Source of the DNA: Heterodontus francisci
Lineage: Eukaryota
Assembly: GCF_036365525.1 (NCBI RefSeq)
Contig: NC_090375.1
Span: 66,511,269-66,575,268 of the forward strand
Direction: 5' to 3'
DNA length: 64,000 nt
Shown: positions 1 through 13,798 of the stretch, in pieces
Position numbering within the stretch: position 1 is the stretch's first letter
Layout: each line of letters opens with the position of its first letter
Translations under genes and position numbers: made by a program
Notes under the pieces: generated by a model
What the model was told of the DNA's origin: nothing
The model's input: only the letters and a program-made list of their open reading frames with translations
Database searches by the model: none

Positions 1-2610
1 TGAGGTGAAGTAGTAGTATGGTCTATGCCCCATTTCTGACACATATGGAATGGCTTCCCGATATATTGATACCCATTGTCAGAGATTACCTCCTTGGGTG
101 CTCCAAACAGACTGAAGATTGCACTTAATGTGTGTGCCATAGTAGAACTAGATGTGTCATGCAATTGACAAATAATGGGAAATTTGGAAAAATAATTGGC
201 TATAACCAGAAAATCAGCACTATGAATGTGGAAGAGGTCAGTAGCTATTTTGGCCTATAGATACGTAGGAACTTTGTGTGGTAGAAGTGGTTCCCTACGC
301 TAACTAGGTGTGTTGGATTGACATTCCCTGACAATGGATTCGATGCCATCATTCATTCCAAGCCACTCGACTGTCTCCCTGGCTAGTCTTCTGATCCTAT
401 CAATTCCCATGTGTGACTGGTGCAATTGCTGTAATAGGTCAGCTTGCAGTAATTCCAGAATAAGAACTAACTGGCTCTTGAAGATGACTCTTCGGGAAAA
501 CTTAAGCTCATGCTGCTAAGCCCAGAACGGTCTGGCATTCTCATTCATTTCACGGATAGAGTCTGGTCATCCTTCTACAATGGTCTTCCACAACTCTTGA
601 AAGGTAGAATCTGTTGCCATTTCAGCTTTTAACTGATTGCATTTTTGTTGACCGAAATGTACCACATTGACATGAAGAAGGTCTTCAAGTTCGACATCGA
701 CCAAGTCAACTTGTAAATCAATCGATATGTTTTCGGTGTTTGCTGGGTTGGGTAACCAGATGAGCCTATCAGATATAAGCATGAGTTTACCTGGTTTGTA
801 CTTTACCTTGCAGTCATAACACTGTATCTTCACGAGTAAGCGTTGTAGTCTTGGCAGTGCACTCATTGATGGCTTCTTCCATATCATCTTGAGTGATTTG
901 TCATCTGTCTCTACCACAAATTTCTTGCCGGATAGGTAAGTGTGGAAGTGCAGAACACCAAAGATTGCTCCTCCACGTGATTGGGGTAGGGGGGGCTGCT
1001 GACCGGTCTATTTAAATGAGCCACCACACGGGAGATCGCGGCGGCATGGCGACATGTGGCTTGCATGTGTGGGCCACCATTCTTTCGCCCTCCAGCTTAA
1101 AATCCAGCCCTTTGTTGTCCTGCAACAATCGCTTCGTACTTGCATCCGTCCTTGACTAATGAATCGATGGGGTAACCTTCAGGTTTCCCAAAGGAATCCT
1201 TTTGGTATGCCTCAATTGGCATTGACGCATTAACCAATTCAGTGATTTGATCTGCAAGTTCTGCTTCTGTAAAGTCACAGTCATGTCCCTTGTCTCGACA
1301 CCTGCTTATGAAATGATCAATAGATTTGTATGGTTGCTGACAAAAAGACATGAACCCAAGACGGTGAATACAGACATTACGCTTGATCCTCAGTTGATCT
1401 TCCAGCGTGGACCAAATCATACTGGGATCCTTTAGTTGCTCTTTTGTGAGCCCAGATGTATTCAGACGGTGCAAACCTTCATTGCCTACAGTGATGTGAA
1501 TCTTCCCAGTTTGCTTGCCCGGCTCAGATACTGCCAAGTCAACAAACCACAACTCGACTTGCTGTTTGATCAACTTGAACTCGGAGACAAGATCAGTTGC
1601 TTTCCAATTGATGGATGGAAACATGGTAGTCATCCTTAGAAGTTTTCTGATAATATCAGCTTTCTCTGTGGTTAAAAGAAACTTCCTTGCTGTTCAGGAA
1701 AAAAATTACTGCAGCAATAACTGCCTGCAGTTCCACAAGTTGCTACAGCCCAGTAGAAGGGTATTGTAAGGCTTGGAGTGCGTGGTGCTGTCTCAAGATT
1801 CACACGCTTTCTGGTGGCCCTGCGCACGAAGGGTGTGAAACAGCTTGACGACCAAAAAGGCAGTAATGGTGCTACATTTTATTATGGCTCTAGGAGCTTA
1901 CCCGATTCTCTCATTCAATCGCTCAACCTCGGCACAATCAAAGGTATGGCTTGCTCTGTCCTGTTGCTGATCCAGTCGCCCAATGCTGCTATCCGGTGAC
2001 TCTGCCCAAGTACCATTTTGGCGCTATGCCTCTTGAGGCGATGTGTAGAGGATCTGCCCTAATTTAGAGATTCCCTCTGTAGCTCCAGAATTACCTTGAT
2101 GTACTCCTATATGCGGGTGCTTTCTGAGAACTCGACGCCCTGTTGGAAATGAGCCCTTTACTCGAGTCTGTGATGATTCAATTTTACAGCTAAAGGGCAA
2201 GCAACCTTACTCTACACGAATGCAGAGCTGCCTACACAGGCTGCCGTGGTGTTGCAAATGACGCAGTCATAAGTCATGCCCCATTGGAGAATCTTTCGAT
2301 GTCTGTGAACTGGCATCATGTTGGAAAATTCTCCACCACTGCCACCATATCATATTTTCTTCTCCTTGTGTTAGTGTTGACTATATTCAAGTACCAACCA
2401 TGCATAAGGGCTCGCACATAAAGTAGGTTCTTTATTTATGACTATTCTGCACGTGTACAACTAGGAGTTATCTTACATAGGTCTGGTCTGGATAACTACT
2501 CTCTAAAGACTAACACACAGAGTAGAAGTCACATGGTATACTACACCATTTCCTTTACACTGTAGTATATCGAAAACATAACTACACCTTCTTAAAGGTG
2601 TACCACAACA
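1..2610 (-). mobile_element. Degenerate Ty3/Gypsy LTR retrotransposon, 5' part, protease/RT region missing
   Basis: LTR about 2610-2348 starting TGTTG; PBS TGGTGGCAGTGGTGG at 2347-2333 (tRNA-Leu type); gag-like ORF 1097-1633 similar to the gag at 29697; RNase H (PRLQRLL) 567-970; integrase remnants run to the window edge. Confidence 0.85.
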
Positions 2611-2935
2611 TCATCTGTGCCAGGGAGGATAAATAGGACTCCCAAATGATCATTGGCCAGTTATTCCTGCTGAAAGCCTGCATGACAGGACACTAAGTAA
2701 AGTTGAGGCCAGGTTTGGTTGTCCAGGATGACAGAACAGAAATTAGAGGACCACTGCTGCCTACAATACTATGACCCATTAAGAGTCACAACCTTTAGGA
2801 GAAAAGGGCAGGAGAAAATCAGAAATGAAATTAAATTTTAAAAAGTTATCAAAATGAAGCCCAGTCAAAAAGTCTTGTTATGTTCTGAAATTATATAATA
2901 GAATTTTATATTTCTCCTGTGTCTGACATTCATAC

Positions 2936-3150
2936 CTAACGCAATGAAGTCTTCAAGCTCTCCAGAATGCACTTGAGTGAGTGGTCCATCATAGAGCATA
3001 AGCCCATTGGCAGTTTCAGTGAGGAACTCCAGAGAAATTTGGGACTTGAAGCAAGGCTTGATGGGAGGAAACCAGGCATAACCATGACCTTTAAATGTGT
3101 ACCTTGTTTGCTGACATTCTGGCCCATCAAACATTGGAATGCATTCACAC
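2936..3150 (-). CDS. Type III cadherin exon 13 (end of EGF, start of laminin-G)
   Basis: ATAG|G...TTAG|GTATGA, 215 nt, phase 2 to 1; CECIPMFDGPECQQTRYTFKGHGYAWF...ISLEFLT...GLMLYDGP...DFIAL. Confidence 0.93.
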
Positions 3151-3189
3151 CTATCATACAAAGAAGGAACAGATTAATCATCAAGTAAC

Positions 3190-4173
3190 TCAAGCAAAAG
3201 GTTCAGTTCTAAGACCACTACTTGTTTTGAGATATATAAATGAATTGGATATTGGAATACAAAGTAAAATTTCAGAATTTGCCAATGATACCAAACTTGG
3301 AGATCCAGCAGCCAGTGAGGATTATACTGCAACAGGACATAGATAGGCTAGCAGAATGGGCAGATAAGTGGCATATGGAATTTATTAGAGAAGTGTGAGG
3401 TGATGCATTTTGGAAGAAGGGATAGGGAGAGGCAATATATACTAAATTGGACAGTTTGAAAGACTGCAGGGGCAGAGAGTCCTGGGGGTTCATGTGCATA
3501 GATCTTTATAGGTGACAGGACATATTGAAAGAGTAGTTAGCAAAGATATGGGATCTTGGGCTTCACAAATGAAGGTATTGAGTACAAAAGCAGGGAGGTT
3601 ATGCTGAACCTTTATAAAGCTCTGGTTAGACCACAACTGGAATATTGTGTCCAGTTCTGGTCACCACAATTTAGGAAGGTCTTCGAGAGGGAGCTGAGGA
3701 GATCTACCAGAATGGTTTCAGGGTTGAGGGATTTTAGCTACAAGGTTAGGTTGGAGAAGCTGGGGTTGTTCTCCTTTGAGCAAAGGAGATTGAGGCGAGA
3801 TTTGATAGATTATGACAGGTTTAGATAAGGTAGACAAAGAAAAGCTGTTCCCATTAATTGATGGTACAAGGATGAGGGGACCCTGATTTTTAAGGTTTTG
3901 GGGAAGAGATGGTTGGGGAGATGTGAGGAAGACCTTTTTTATGCAGCGAGCGGTAATGACCTGGAACTCGCTGCCTACGAGGTGATGGAAGCTGAGATGA
4001 TGAATGATTTCAAAAGGAGATTGGATGGACACTTGAAGAAAATAAACTTGCCGGACTACGGGGATAGAGCGGGGGAATGGGACTGACTGGATTGCTCCGC
4101 CGAGAGCCAGCATGGCACAATGGGCCGAATGGGCTCCTTCTGTGCCATAATGATTCAATGACTATATGACTCT
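3190..4173 (+). mobile_element. CR1 LINE 3' fragment
   Basis: FANDTKL and YKALVRPQLEYCVQFWSP motifs; short-repeat 3' tail. Confidence 0.88.
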
Positions 4174-5361
4174 AAAAGACGTATTGACATTTGTTGCGTT
4201 TTGAATGATATGGGAGTTTAGAAGACATGAAAGTTTACCAAAGGGCAATCTGTTGCAGAAGTTCACAGGTACAGGCAAGACATAACGTAAGGTCATGATG
4301 TCAATACGCATCTATCTGCTGAGATGCAGCAATGCAGATACAGCTCCTCTGTTTTGCCATGTAATTGATTACTGGTTTGTAAACCCATTGGAATGGATAA
4401 CTTCTCCTGCTGTCTTATTGTTTTATTCTTTCTCATTCTGCTATTAGAAAGCATTGGTGAACTCTCCATTCATGTGCTTAACTGAATAAATTGGTTAAAA
4501 GATAGTATATGCAGCAGTTTCAAAACCAACTATTCAAACAAGAGTATTTAATGCACCAAGTAACTGGTTACCTCCATGTTATTATGCCTTTACCAATGGT
4601 TTAATTGGGGTTTTAACCTTCCTCTACGAGTACTTCACAGCCAAGTTTGTTTTGTGCATAAGCAGCAGACTTGCTATAAGTGATTGATGCCAAAAGGTGA
4701 AAGCAGTAAGAATGTGGATGTATTACTGTACACAGGACAGTTGGAGCTGAAATTATTTAAGTCATATAAAATTCTCCAAACCATTGTGAGGTTTTAAGTT
4801 TGATACCTTAACTAATAGTTAGCATATTACATCATCGGTACTACTTGACTTGTGTATTATGCTGAGGGTGAGGCTGTTGAACCTTACCCCGGTTACACTG
4901 TAGGGGAGATTTCTGACATCAGTGGTAACACAGAAACAACTACACATGTGCAAACTTGTATCCTGAATTATTGACAAGTTGTAACCCCGATTTTAATTTT
5001 CTTCCCTTCCACCTTCCTTGATATTAAGGAGAACTCTGTGGAGGCCAGTGATACCAAACCTGAGTTTACAGCGCACCTGTGGCCAGAAAAATAGCAGCCA
5101 GCCGTGTTCAGCACCATTGATAATAATCATTATATTTTACTTTGACAGTATTTGCCTTCAGCAATAGGGGTGGAGAAACACCTCTTGATGTTGGCCTTAT
5201 TTATGTCCCAATGCTGCTGCTGCTGTCAGGATTGCCTCTGGCGGTAGATTAATTTGAGGCATTTTCAACACTTGCAGATAATAAAGTAGGCTAAATAGGG
5301 AAGCAAACTTATCAGAGGTCAAACTGACAGATAAGTTAATATACAATATGTTATGAATTAC

Positions 5362-5639
5362 CTGTAGCCTAAATCAGCATCAACACAAGTGCCACCATTT
5401 AGACATGGATTAACTGGGTATGATGAACAGGACAAGCGTTGCCTTTCCCGAGCTCCACAGATACACTGAGCAGTAGTAGATGTTGTTATGGAAACTATGG
5501 AAACATTTCCAGCATTCAGCACTGTTGGAATTGGGCTAAAAGCGGTGCTGCTTGTACAGCCAGTCGCCGTCCCACAGTCTGCATTCACACACTCATCCAC
5601 AGCAACCTGGGATATGCTTACATTTAAGGCAACTTCCAG
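5362..5639 (-). CDS. Type III cadherin exon 12 (Cys-rich/EGF-like)
   Basis: GCAG|CTG...TACAG|GTAATT, 278 nt, phase 0 to 2; VDECVNADCGTATGC...CICG...CSSYPVNPCLNGGTCVDADLGYR. Confidence 0.93.
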
Positions 5640-6001
5640 CTGCAAGGAAAGAAAAGAAATATTCAAAATGCTAAATTCATGTTAAATATATGATGAATTA
5701 AAAACAGACACAAATCATCACAAAATATAAATGCAGGAAATTTTGTTATCATTAATTGTGTACAACAGATGGATAGGATGTGGATTTTAACCCAACAGTC
5801 TCCATCCTTTGTCTCCCTGACCTGAGAGAGGTGCTGTGGGAAGTTGTTAAGTGGAGATGAGGCAGTTTATCATTGTGAAGAAAGATCTCAGTGAGGATCA
5901 ACTCACACTGCTCTCCTAGTGACCAGTTGCAGAACATTGGCAAGAGCCAATAGGTTAGGAACCGATGTTTGCTTGGAGGAGACCTTAAGGTGGAAGACAA
6001 A

Positions 6002-6531
6002 GGGCAGAATTTTTGGGCCCTGCTGAGGTCAGGAATGGAGGTGGATGGGGCCCTAAATACTGGGTCGTGCCGGTGTGCCGGTTTCCCAATCCAGTTCCTG
6101 CCATTGGCCATTTTGGCCAAGGTGGGCTCGGATTCATCAGGTCTGCCCGCCCCCATTAGGTGGGCAGCCAATTAGGCTTATTAAGAGCCTTGTTAAAGGT
6201 GAGTTAAGGAGGCCAACTGGGATTTTCCAGTCGGCCTCCAGGTTCCCGTGTGATGGGAGGGCCGATTAATTGCCTGGTGGTGGGCATTCAGTGGCAGGAC
6301 TCCAGCATGTTGAACAGCCCTCTCAGTTACTTACCACTCATTGCAGCCAGCTGCTTCTCTGGAACTGGAAGGCCTCTGATTGGCCCTCCAGCTACAAGAG
6401 TCCTGTCTCCAGGCCAATTAAGGGGGCACCCCCATTAATATCCCAATGAGTGATTGTTTCCCCTCGGGTTCGGGACCCAGAAACAACCCCGGCTCCTGTT
6501 TCCTGCCCCCACCCCAAAAGAAAATTCAGTC
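6002..6531. mobile_element. Harbinger-type MITE; related copies near 16810-17275, 19042-19430, 35503-36090, 51198-51750, 52865-53550
   Basis: Ends GGGCAGAATTTT / AAAATTCAGTC; internal blocks such as GGAGGCCAACTGGGATTTTCC are shared with the 16810 and 51198 copies. Confidence 0.75.
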
Positions 6532-7366
6532 TAATGTACAAATCAGAAAAAGTAAACGTGAGGCAAACACGTTAGAGTTTTGTTGCAACGTTGCTTTCAA
6601 ATTCTCTCAGGTAAGAGTTGTTCACAAATATTGATTGTATCATCCATGAAATATGAAAAAAAACAACTCCATTATTATGTTTTCCAAGTTTTGTGGAGAT
6701 AGTTTCATATTGGAGAACAAACAATATTGTAAAAGCACAATTATTATGCAGTGTCATCAGCATAAGTTAAAATTAAAATCTGGCTTTAAAATTTGCTTAA
6801 AATGAAATTTTACTAACACCACTAACATGCAGTAGCCATTCACAATAATATTCTGATAAATCATGACTGCATTATAAGTTTAAATAATTACAAAACCTTT
6901 ACCAATGTCAAAACAAAGTTATCACACCATTTTAAGTATGTTTCACTGAATTGTCCCACATTATATTGTCCCCATTCAGATTAGTAGATTGGAACCTTAT
7001 GTATGGAACCTTATCCACAGAGGGGGCAATTGTGTGGCCATGGCTGTTTCCAGTATGAGCTATCAGTAGGCGAGGTTCCCCATTGACAGCGATAACTCCA
7101 ATAATTACCTCCATAGTTGTCTGTTGAGACTTCCTCCAGAAAGATGTCAATAAAGTATAGAATATGGCAACAAAAGATGACTGAATGGCCTTGATATGTG
7201 TGCTAATTTCTCCCTTTATTATATCTAGGTTTTACAAAGCAATTCAGTAGAATATACTCATTCCTTAATATGTTTAGCTTTGTAAATGTTTATCATTAGA
7301 AATCTTTATGGAAAATAACTGTACAGTTCTTAGTGAAACACATCATAATTTCTAAGAGGTACATAC

Positions 7367-7599
7367 TATGGCTTTGGAAACTGCCACATTGCCATTCATT
7401 TTCTCAGCCTTGCAGAATGGAGACCCTTGTGCCGCATACCAGACATCTACTTCTCTAACTCGACCATTGACATTCACAATGCTGAAAATATGAATGTTAT
7501 CCAGCTGTGCTGGAATAATTTCTGCTAAAAGCCTCCTTAGCTTGGTATATTTGCTTTCTTCAGCAGCCGACTGGGAGATAAACTCTTCTGCTGTGATAC
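7367..7599 (-). CDS. Type III cadherin exon 11 (NC/SEA-like domain; not in ORF track)
   Basis: CAG|GT...ATA|GTATGT, 233 nt, phase 1 to 0; GITAEEFISQ...NIHIFSI...VDVWYAAQGSPFCKAEKMNGNVAVSKAI. Confidence 0.9.
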
Positions 7600-8289
7600 C
7601 TGTTTGAAAATAAAATTTATTTTACTTGAAGGGTGAATTCACAGGTTAACCTGCCAAATGTGTTACAACATGAACCTTACTTAACTCTGAGCATCATGGC
7701 TTTTGAAACTTGTGCAATAATTCCATAATAATTAGAAATAATGAAAATGTTTTAAAAGTGATGTTAAGGTTAACAAAGAATCATAGAATAGTTTCTGGTT
7801 CACAAAATCAACAGTTGTTAGCCTCAGAAGTTAAGGGTGCGAGAACTGGCGTTGAAATGGTTCATTCATTGCCAGGCATTCATTTCATTCAAACAAGTGA
7901 AGGATTTGATTCAAACTTTATTCTGTTCTGAATGAAAAGCCAGAGGATAGACAGAGTTTCAATAGATAGAATCTTATGAGGCAAACATGACTGTGTAATC
8001 ATACTTGATTCAGGAATAGAAGAAACTGGAATTCTGTATTCTCTCAGATTATAATGAATTGTCTGATTTGTCAACATTACCTCCACAGCTATTGGATATG
8101 AGAGGCTATGAGTGTTTTTTAGTGAGCCTTGCCCAAACAAATTAAAGGACCGCCAGTTTATAGCAGAGGTTGAACAAGTAGGAAATGGCTGGAGATGAAC
8201 AAATCTGCATTCTGAACTGGGGGAAAAGGAAACATAATCAATGTAAAAAAAAAACTGGAAGACTTATTTCCTCCTGATGGTTGTACCTA

Positions 8290-11081
8290 TGGTCTAGGGA
8301 GATATCCAGGTGCAAGTGTCACTTAGAAAGATGACAGCACAAACGGAAATAAATGGTTTAGATCTAATCATCATTACAGAGACATGGTTGCAGGTGACCA
8401 AGGTTGGGAAATAAATATTCCAGGGTATACAATGTTTTGAAAAGACAGAATGGAAAAGGAGGAGGAGTAGCCTTGGTAGCAAAGGATGGCATAAGAACAG
8501 TAGTGACAAAGGATGTTGGTTGAGAAGATCAGGAAGTAGAATAAGTATGTGTGGAGATTAGAAATAAACAGGGTCAGAAAACACTGGTGGGTGTAGTTTA
8601 TAGACCCCCTAACAGTAGCTATACTGTTGGACAGAGCATTAAGCAATAAATAATTAGAGCTTGTAACAAAGGCAATAAAATAATTGTGGGGGACTTCATA
8701 TAGACTGGACAAATCAAATTGGCAAAGGTAGTCTGGAAGATGAGTTTGTAGAATGCTTTCGTAACAGGTTCCTGGAACAATATGTTGTGGAAACAACTGG
8801 GAATAAATCTATTTTAGAGCTAGTATTATGCAATGAGACAGGTTTAATTAGTAATCTCACTGTAAAAGATCCTCTGGGAAAAAATGATCATAATACAATT
8901 GAATTCCATATTAAGTTTGAAAGCGACCTACACCAGTCCCAAATATGCTTCTTGAACTTAAACAAAGCCAAGCTAGAGCTGGCTAAGGTTGATTTGGGTA
9001 AATAGACTAAAAGGAATGGTGGTATATAAACAGTTTTTAACACATAAAGAAACAATTCAAAATGTTCAACAAAAATACATTCCATTAACAAATAAAACCT
9101 CAGCAAGAAAGGTCCACCCATGGCTTACTAGGGAAGTTAAGGGTATTATTAAAATAAGAGGCTTATAATCTTGCAAAGAATAATAATAAGCCTGAGGATT
9201 GGGATTGTTTTAGAAACTAACGAATGGTGACCAAAAAGTTGATAAAAAGGAAAGAAATTGAATAATAGAGTAAACTAGCCAGAAATATAAAAACAGATTG
9301 TAAGAGCTTTTATAAGCATACAAAAAGGAGGAAAGTTGCTAAAATAAACATTGGTCCCTTAGAGGTAGAGGCAGGAAAAATTATCATGGGGAACAAGGAA
9401 ATGGCAGAAATGTTATTTTGTGTCTGTCATCACAGTAGAAGACACAAATTACATACCAGAAATAGAGGGTAACCAAGGAGCTAAATGAATGAGGGACATA
9501 AGGTAATTAATATCAGCAGAGAAAAAATATTGAAGAAACTTAAGGCACTAAAAGTCAACAAATCCCTAAGACCTGATGGCCTAGATCCTAGCTTTCTAAA
9601 AGACATAGCTGCAGATGTAGCGGATTCTAGAACAGTCCCAGTGGATTGGAAGTTAGCAAATATAACATCACTATTCATGAAAGGAGGGAGAGAGAAAACA
9701 AGGAACTACAGGTCAGTTAGCTTGACATCAGTCAGGAGAATTCTGGAATCTATTATTAAGAAAATCTTAAGTCTGCACTTAGAAAGTCATAGTATGACTT
9801 TCAAAGTCAACATGGTTTTACAAAATGGAAATCATGTTTGACAAATTTATTAGTGTTTTGAGGATGTAACTAGCAGGGTCGAAAAAGTGGAATCAGTAAA
9901 TGTACTAAAATTGGATTTCCAAAAGGCATTCAATAAGGTGTCACACAAAAGATTAATACGCAAGTAAAGGCTCATAGAGTTGGGGATAATATATTAGCAT
10001 GAATAGAGGATTGGTTAATGGACACGGAGCAAAAACTAGGGGTAAATGGGCTTTTTCAAGTTGGCAGGCTGTGACTAGTGGAGTGCCGCAAGGATCAGTG
10101 CTGGAACCTCAGCTATTCACAATCTATATTAATGACTTAGATGAAGAGACCGAGAGTAATGTATATAACATTGTTGACTATACAAAGCTAGGAGGGAATG
10201 TAAGCTGTGAGGAGGACACAAAGAGACTACAATGTGATATAGACAGGTTAAGTAAATGGGCAACAAGGTGACAGATGGAGGATAATGTGGGAAAGTGTGA
10301 GCTTATTCTCTTTGGTAATAAGAACAGAAAAGCAGAATATTTTTTAAAGGCATGAAACTTCTAAATGTTGATATTCAGGGAGACTTGGGCGTAAATGTAC
10401 AAGGAACACAGAAAGTTATCATGCAGATACAACAAGCAATTAGGAAGCCAAATGGCATGTTGGCATTTTTACAAGGGGATTGGAATAAAAGAATAAGGAA
10501 ATCTTGCTACAATTGTACAGGGCTTTGGTGAGATCACACATGCAGTACTGTGTGCAGTTTGGTCTACATATTTAAGGAAGGATATAGCTGCATTGGAGAC
10601 AGTACAGCGAAGGTTCACTAGACTGGTTTCTGGGATATCCTATGATGAAAGGCTGAGTAAATTGGGCCAATACTCTCTGGCGTGTAGGAGAATGAGAGGT
10701 GATCTCATTGAAATATGCAGGATTCTGAAGGGGCTGGAATAGGGTAGATGCTGAGAAATTTTTTCCCGCTGGCTGGTGAATCTAGAACACAGGGGCAAAG
10801 TCTCAGGATGAGGCGCCAATAATTTAGGACTGAGATGAGGAGAAGCATCATCACTCAAAGGGTTGTGAATCTTTGGAATTCTCTACCCCAGAGAGTTGTG
10901 GATCGTTGAGTATATTTAAGGCTGAGATAGACAGGTTTTTGGTCTCTCAGAGAATCAAAGGATATGGGGAGCAGGCAGGAAAGTGGAGTTAAGGCAGAAG
11001 AGCAGCCATGATCATATTGAATGGCGGAGTAGGCTTGAGGGGCCACATGGTCTACTCCTGCTCCTATTTCTTATGTTCTTA
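8290..11081 (+). mobile_element. CR1 LINE, degenerate ORF2 (endonuclease and RT)
   Basis: Remnants VYRPP, NYRSVSLTS, SGVPQGSVL; tail TTCTTATGTTCTTA. Confidence 0.9.
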
Positions 11082-11728
11082 CGTTGAAACTAGATGTCCA
11101 AGTCTGTGGTATAATAGATTGTTTCTTTGCACCACAAAGCTTCTAAGTAGCAAATCTCATGTAGGACTTGTGATCTATATGAATTAACATTTATCTATGG
11201 AATAGTGGATATGAGGAATAAACTCCCAGCTGAAGCAATTGGCTTAATGCTAATTAATTGCTTTAATATGAACTTGATGAATATCTAAGGAGCTGGAGTG
11301 GGGATCACTCACTGTACATGGCTAATTACTGAGATAACTGAATACTCTGAACATTATGGTTACTGAGCTTTGGGGACCATTGAACTGTCAGAAAGTATTT
11401 GTCAAGAATGTTTTAAGTTGGATGCAAGATATTCTGTAATTTTGGCTGATTTTTCTTTGGGAAGCAGGCAGGAAAACCTCTGCAGAATATTTCCTTAGGA
11501 AATTGAATAGGTTGGGTAGTGCCATGATAGAATAGTTTGTACATAGTCTGTGGAAGAAGTGGACCTTGACTGGCAAAATGGCCTATTCTCATTCCATCCT
11601 TTCTTATGTTCATATGCATTTGATGGATGTATATTCTATTGGTATTCCATCATTCGTATGAAATGTGTAGAAAATTGTAATAATGTTCCAATTAAATCTA
11701 TAGTATAAGGAAATGTTTCGATGCTCAC

Positions 11729-11913
11729 CAGTCAGCCTAAGAGAGCCAGCATTATATATGGCATCTTCCTCCAATTCTTTGACAACAACCTTTACTGTTG
11801 AAATTACATCTGGCCAGGTGCCATCTGCAACTTTGACGTGGAAGCTATACACTCCAGAGGGTGCACCTTTGATAATACTCAGTAAACCAGAATTTTCATT
11901 GAGGGCAAAATGT
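11729..11913 (-). CDS. Type III cadherin exon 10 (last cadherin repeat, start of NC domain)
   Basis: CAG|A...ACTG|GTGAGC, 185 nt, phase 2 to 1; RHFALNENSGLLSII...VKELEEDAIYNAGSLRLT. Confidence 0.92.
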
Positions 11914-12900
11914 CTGAAACAAACACGCATAATTCATTAATCAATAAAATACAAGAATTTAGCATCATGTATTTTCCAACTTCTCCACTCTGAGCTGGCA
12001 TTTATCAGCTCGGGATGTGCTTCCAAATTGTCTATTGCAATTGTCCACATCTGGTGAGTTCCCAGTTTTGATTGAGTGTCTACAGCAAGTGAAGGTTAAA
12101 CAATTCCTTTTAGGCAAAGAAGGATAATTGTCGCATGAATCACTCTGGACGTCTTTCGCACAACTTCCAAATAGGACCAAAAAATGCTGGAACCACTCAG
12201 CAGGTCTGGCAGCATCTCTTTTCACAGATGCTGCCAGACCTGCTGAGTGGTTCCAACATTTCTTGTTTTTATTTCAGATTTCCAGCATCCGCTGTATTTT
12301 GCTTTTATTCCAAATAGGACATCCAGTCCAAAACCAAGTAGGACTGGTGCCTTGGAAGGAGTTACTCACACATGTGCAAAGCTATGGACAATCTTGCTTG
12401 TATGTGCTTGAAGCTATGGATACACACAACCACAAATTCATGGAGAGCCAGATGGACTCTTTCTTACACCGAGCAATTTTTAAAATGCAATGATGGAAAA
12501 ATGGATGGCAAAACTGCGGATTTTAATTACTAGACTGACACCCTGAAAAATGGAGTGTCAGGTCAAAACTGGGTGAGTGGACATCCGGCTTCCAGCTCCA
12601 GAATATAATTAGAAAAGATCTGAAAATAGGTATCTGGCATAGCTGCCCTCTAAAGAATGCTGCATAGTGGCCTGAATGTTGGGGGAGTTGAGAAAAACAT
12701 TTTAAAAATCAGAAGAAACAGACAGTATAAGTTTAACAGTGACATAATTCCATATTTGTAATGTGAAATGACACTGTAGGATATTAGCACACCAGAATAT
12801 TTTTTATGGTAATGTTACAGAGTGTTATTTCACTTCATTTCCACTTTTCCTTGTTTTTCTGCACTTGGCAGGACAGCAGAAGACTATATACACACACATA

Positions 12901-13683
12901 GGGGTGGATTTTATGAGCCCACCGCCGAAACTTAAAAAATGGGGTCGCATGCCAAAGAACCATCGTGATCATAAGTGCGCCAGCTCATTTAAATAGTCAG
13001 GGAGGCCTGCCACCACCCACCCCCCCCAATCACATGGAGGGGGCAGGCTGTCCATCCCCGGCAATGGAATCAGCTGGCACCATTTTAAAGGGCAGCCAGC
13101 CTTGCGGCTTATTTAAATATTTAAAGAAATATACAACAAAATTAAATAAATACATTTCTTTTGCCTCTTTCCCACCCCCCCAAAACAATCACAATAACTA
13201 TTTGCCCTTCCCCCCAAAACATTTACCTTTTACATCTGACCTATCCCCTCAGCAAACTGCAAAACGTTTAAGGTTCAACCCTTCCCACCATGCCCTGCAC
13301 CCATTACGTGTATCTGACCCCGTTGCCCCCACCTCCCACACTGACAAACGTACTTCCTCTCCCCTCCCCACCTCGTGTCGCACCTCGTTGCCCTGGACGG
13401 GGTTCTGAAGGTATGGGAGTGCTGGCTGCTGCACCGAAGATCGCGTCTGGCCCTCAAAATCTAAGGTAAGTGTATGTAAATTCATGAATTTTATTGATTT
13501 GAATATGTTAATTGTGGTCCCGTCACCCAGCGGCAGGGGGGCCGCCATGGAGCCTTGCAGCCGCCGGGAGGATCAGGCCGGGCCCTGCTGGCGTCAAGAT
13601 CCGTGGCGGGCCTCATCTGGAGCCATCTTCAGGCCCCTCCCCACCATGGATAACAACATCGATGGTTTCTTAAAATCCAGCCC
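12901..13683. mobile_element. Harbinger-type MITE
   Basis: Terminal inverted repeats GGGGTGGATTTT / AAAATCCAGCCC, 3-bp TSD ATA; inverted homolog at 33223-33994. Confidence 0.85.
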
Positions 13684-13704
13684 ATACAATCCAGATTTGC
13701 TTAC

Positions 13705-13798
13705 CTTGGAGATGTTCCTTCAAATTTGTATCTTTTATCATCCCAGTCATCTAGATCAGGGGCTTGTACCTTTCCTAACTCAGTGGTACCAAGTAGAC
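13705..13798 (-). CDS. Type III cadherin exon 9 (not in ORF track)
   Basis: TTAG|GT...CCAAG|GTAAGC, 94 nt, phase 1 to 2; GLLGTTELGKVQAPDLDDWDDKRYKFEGTSP. Confidence 0.9.
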
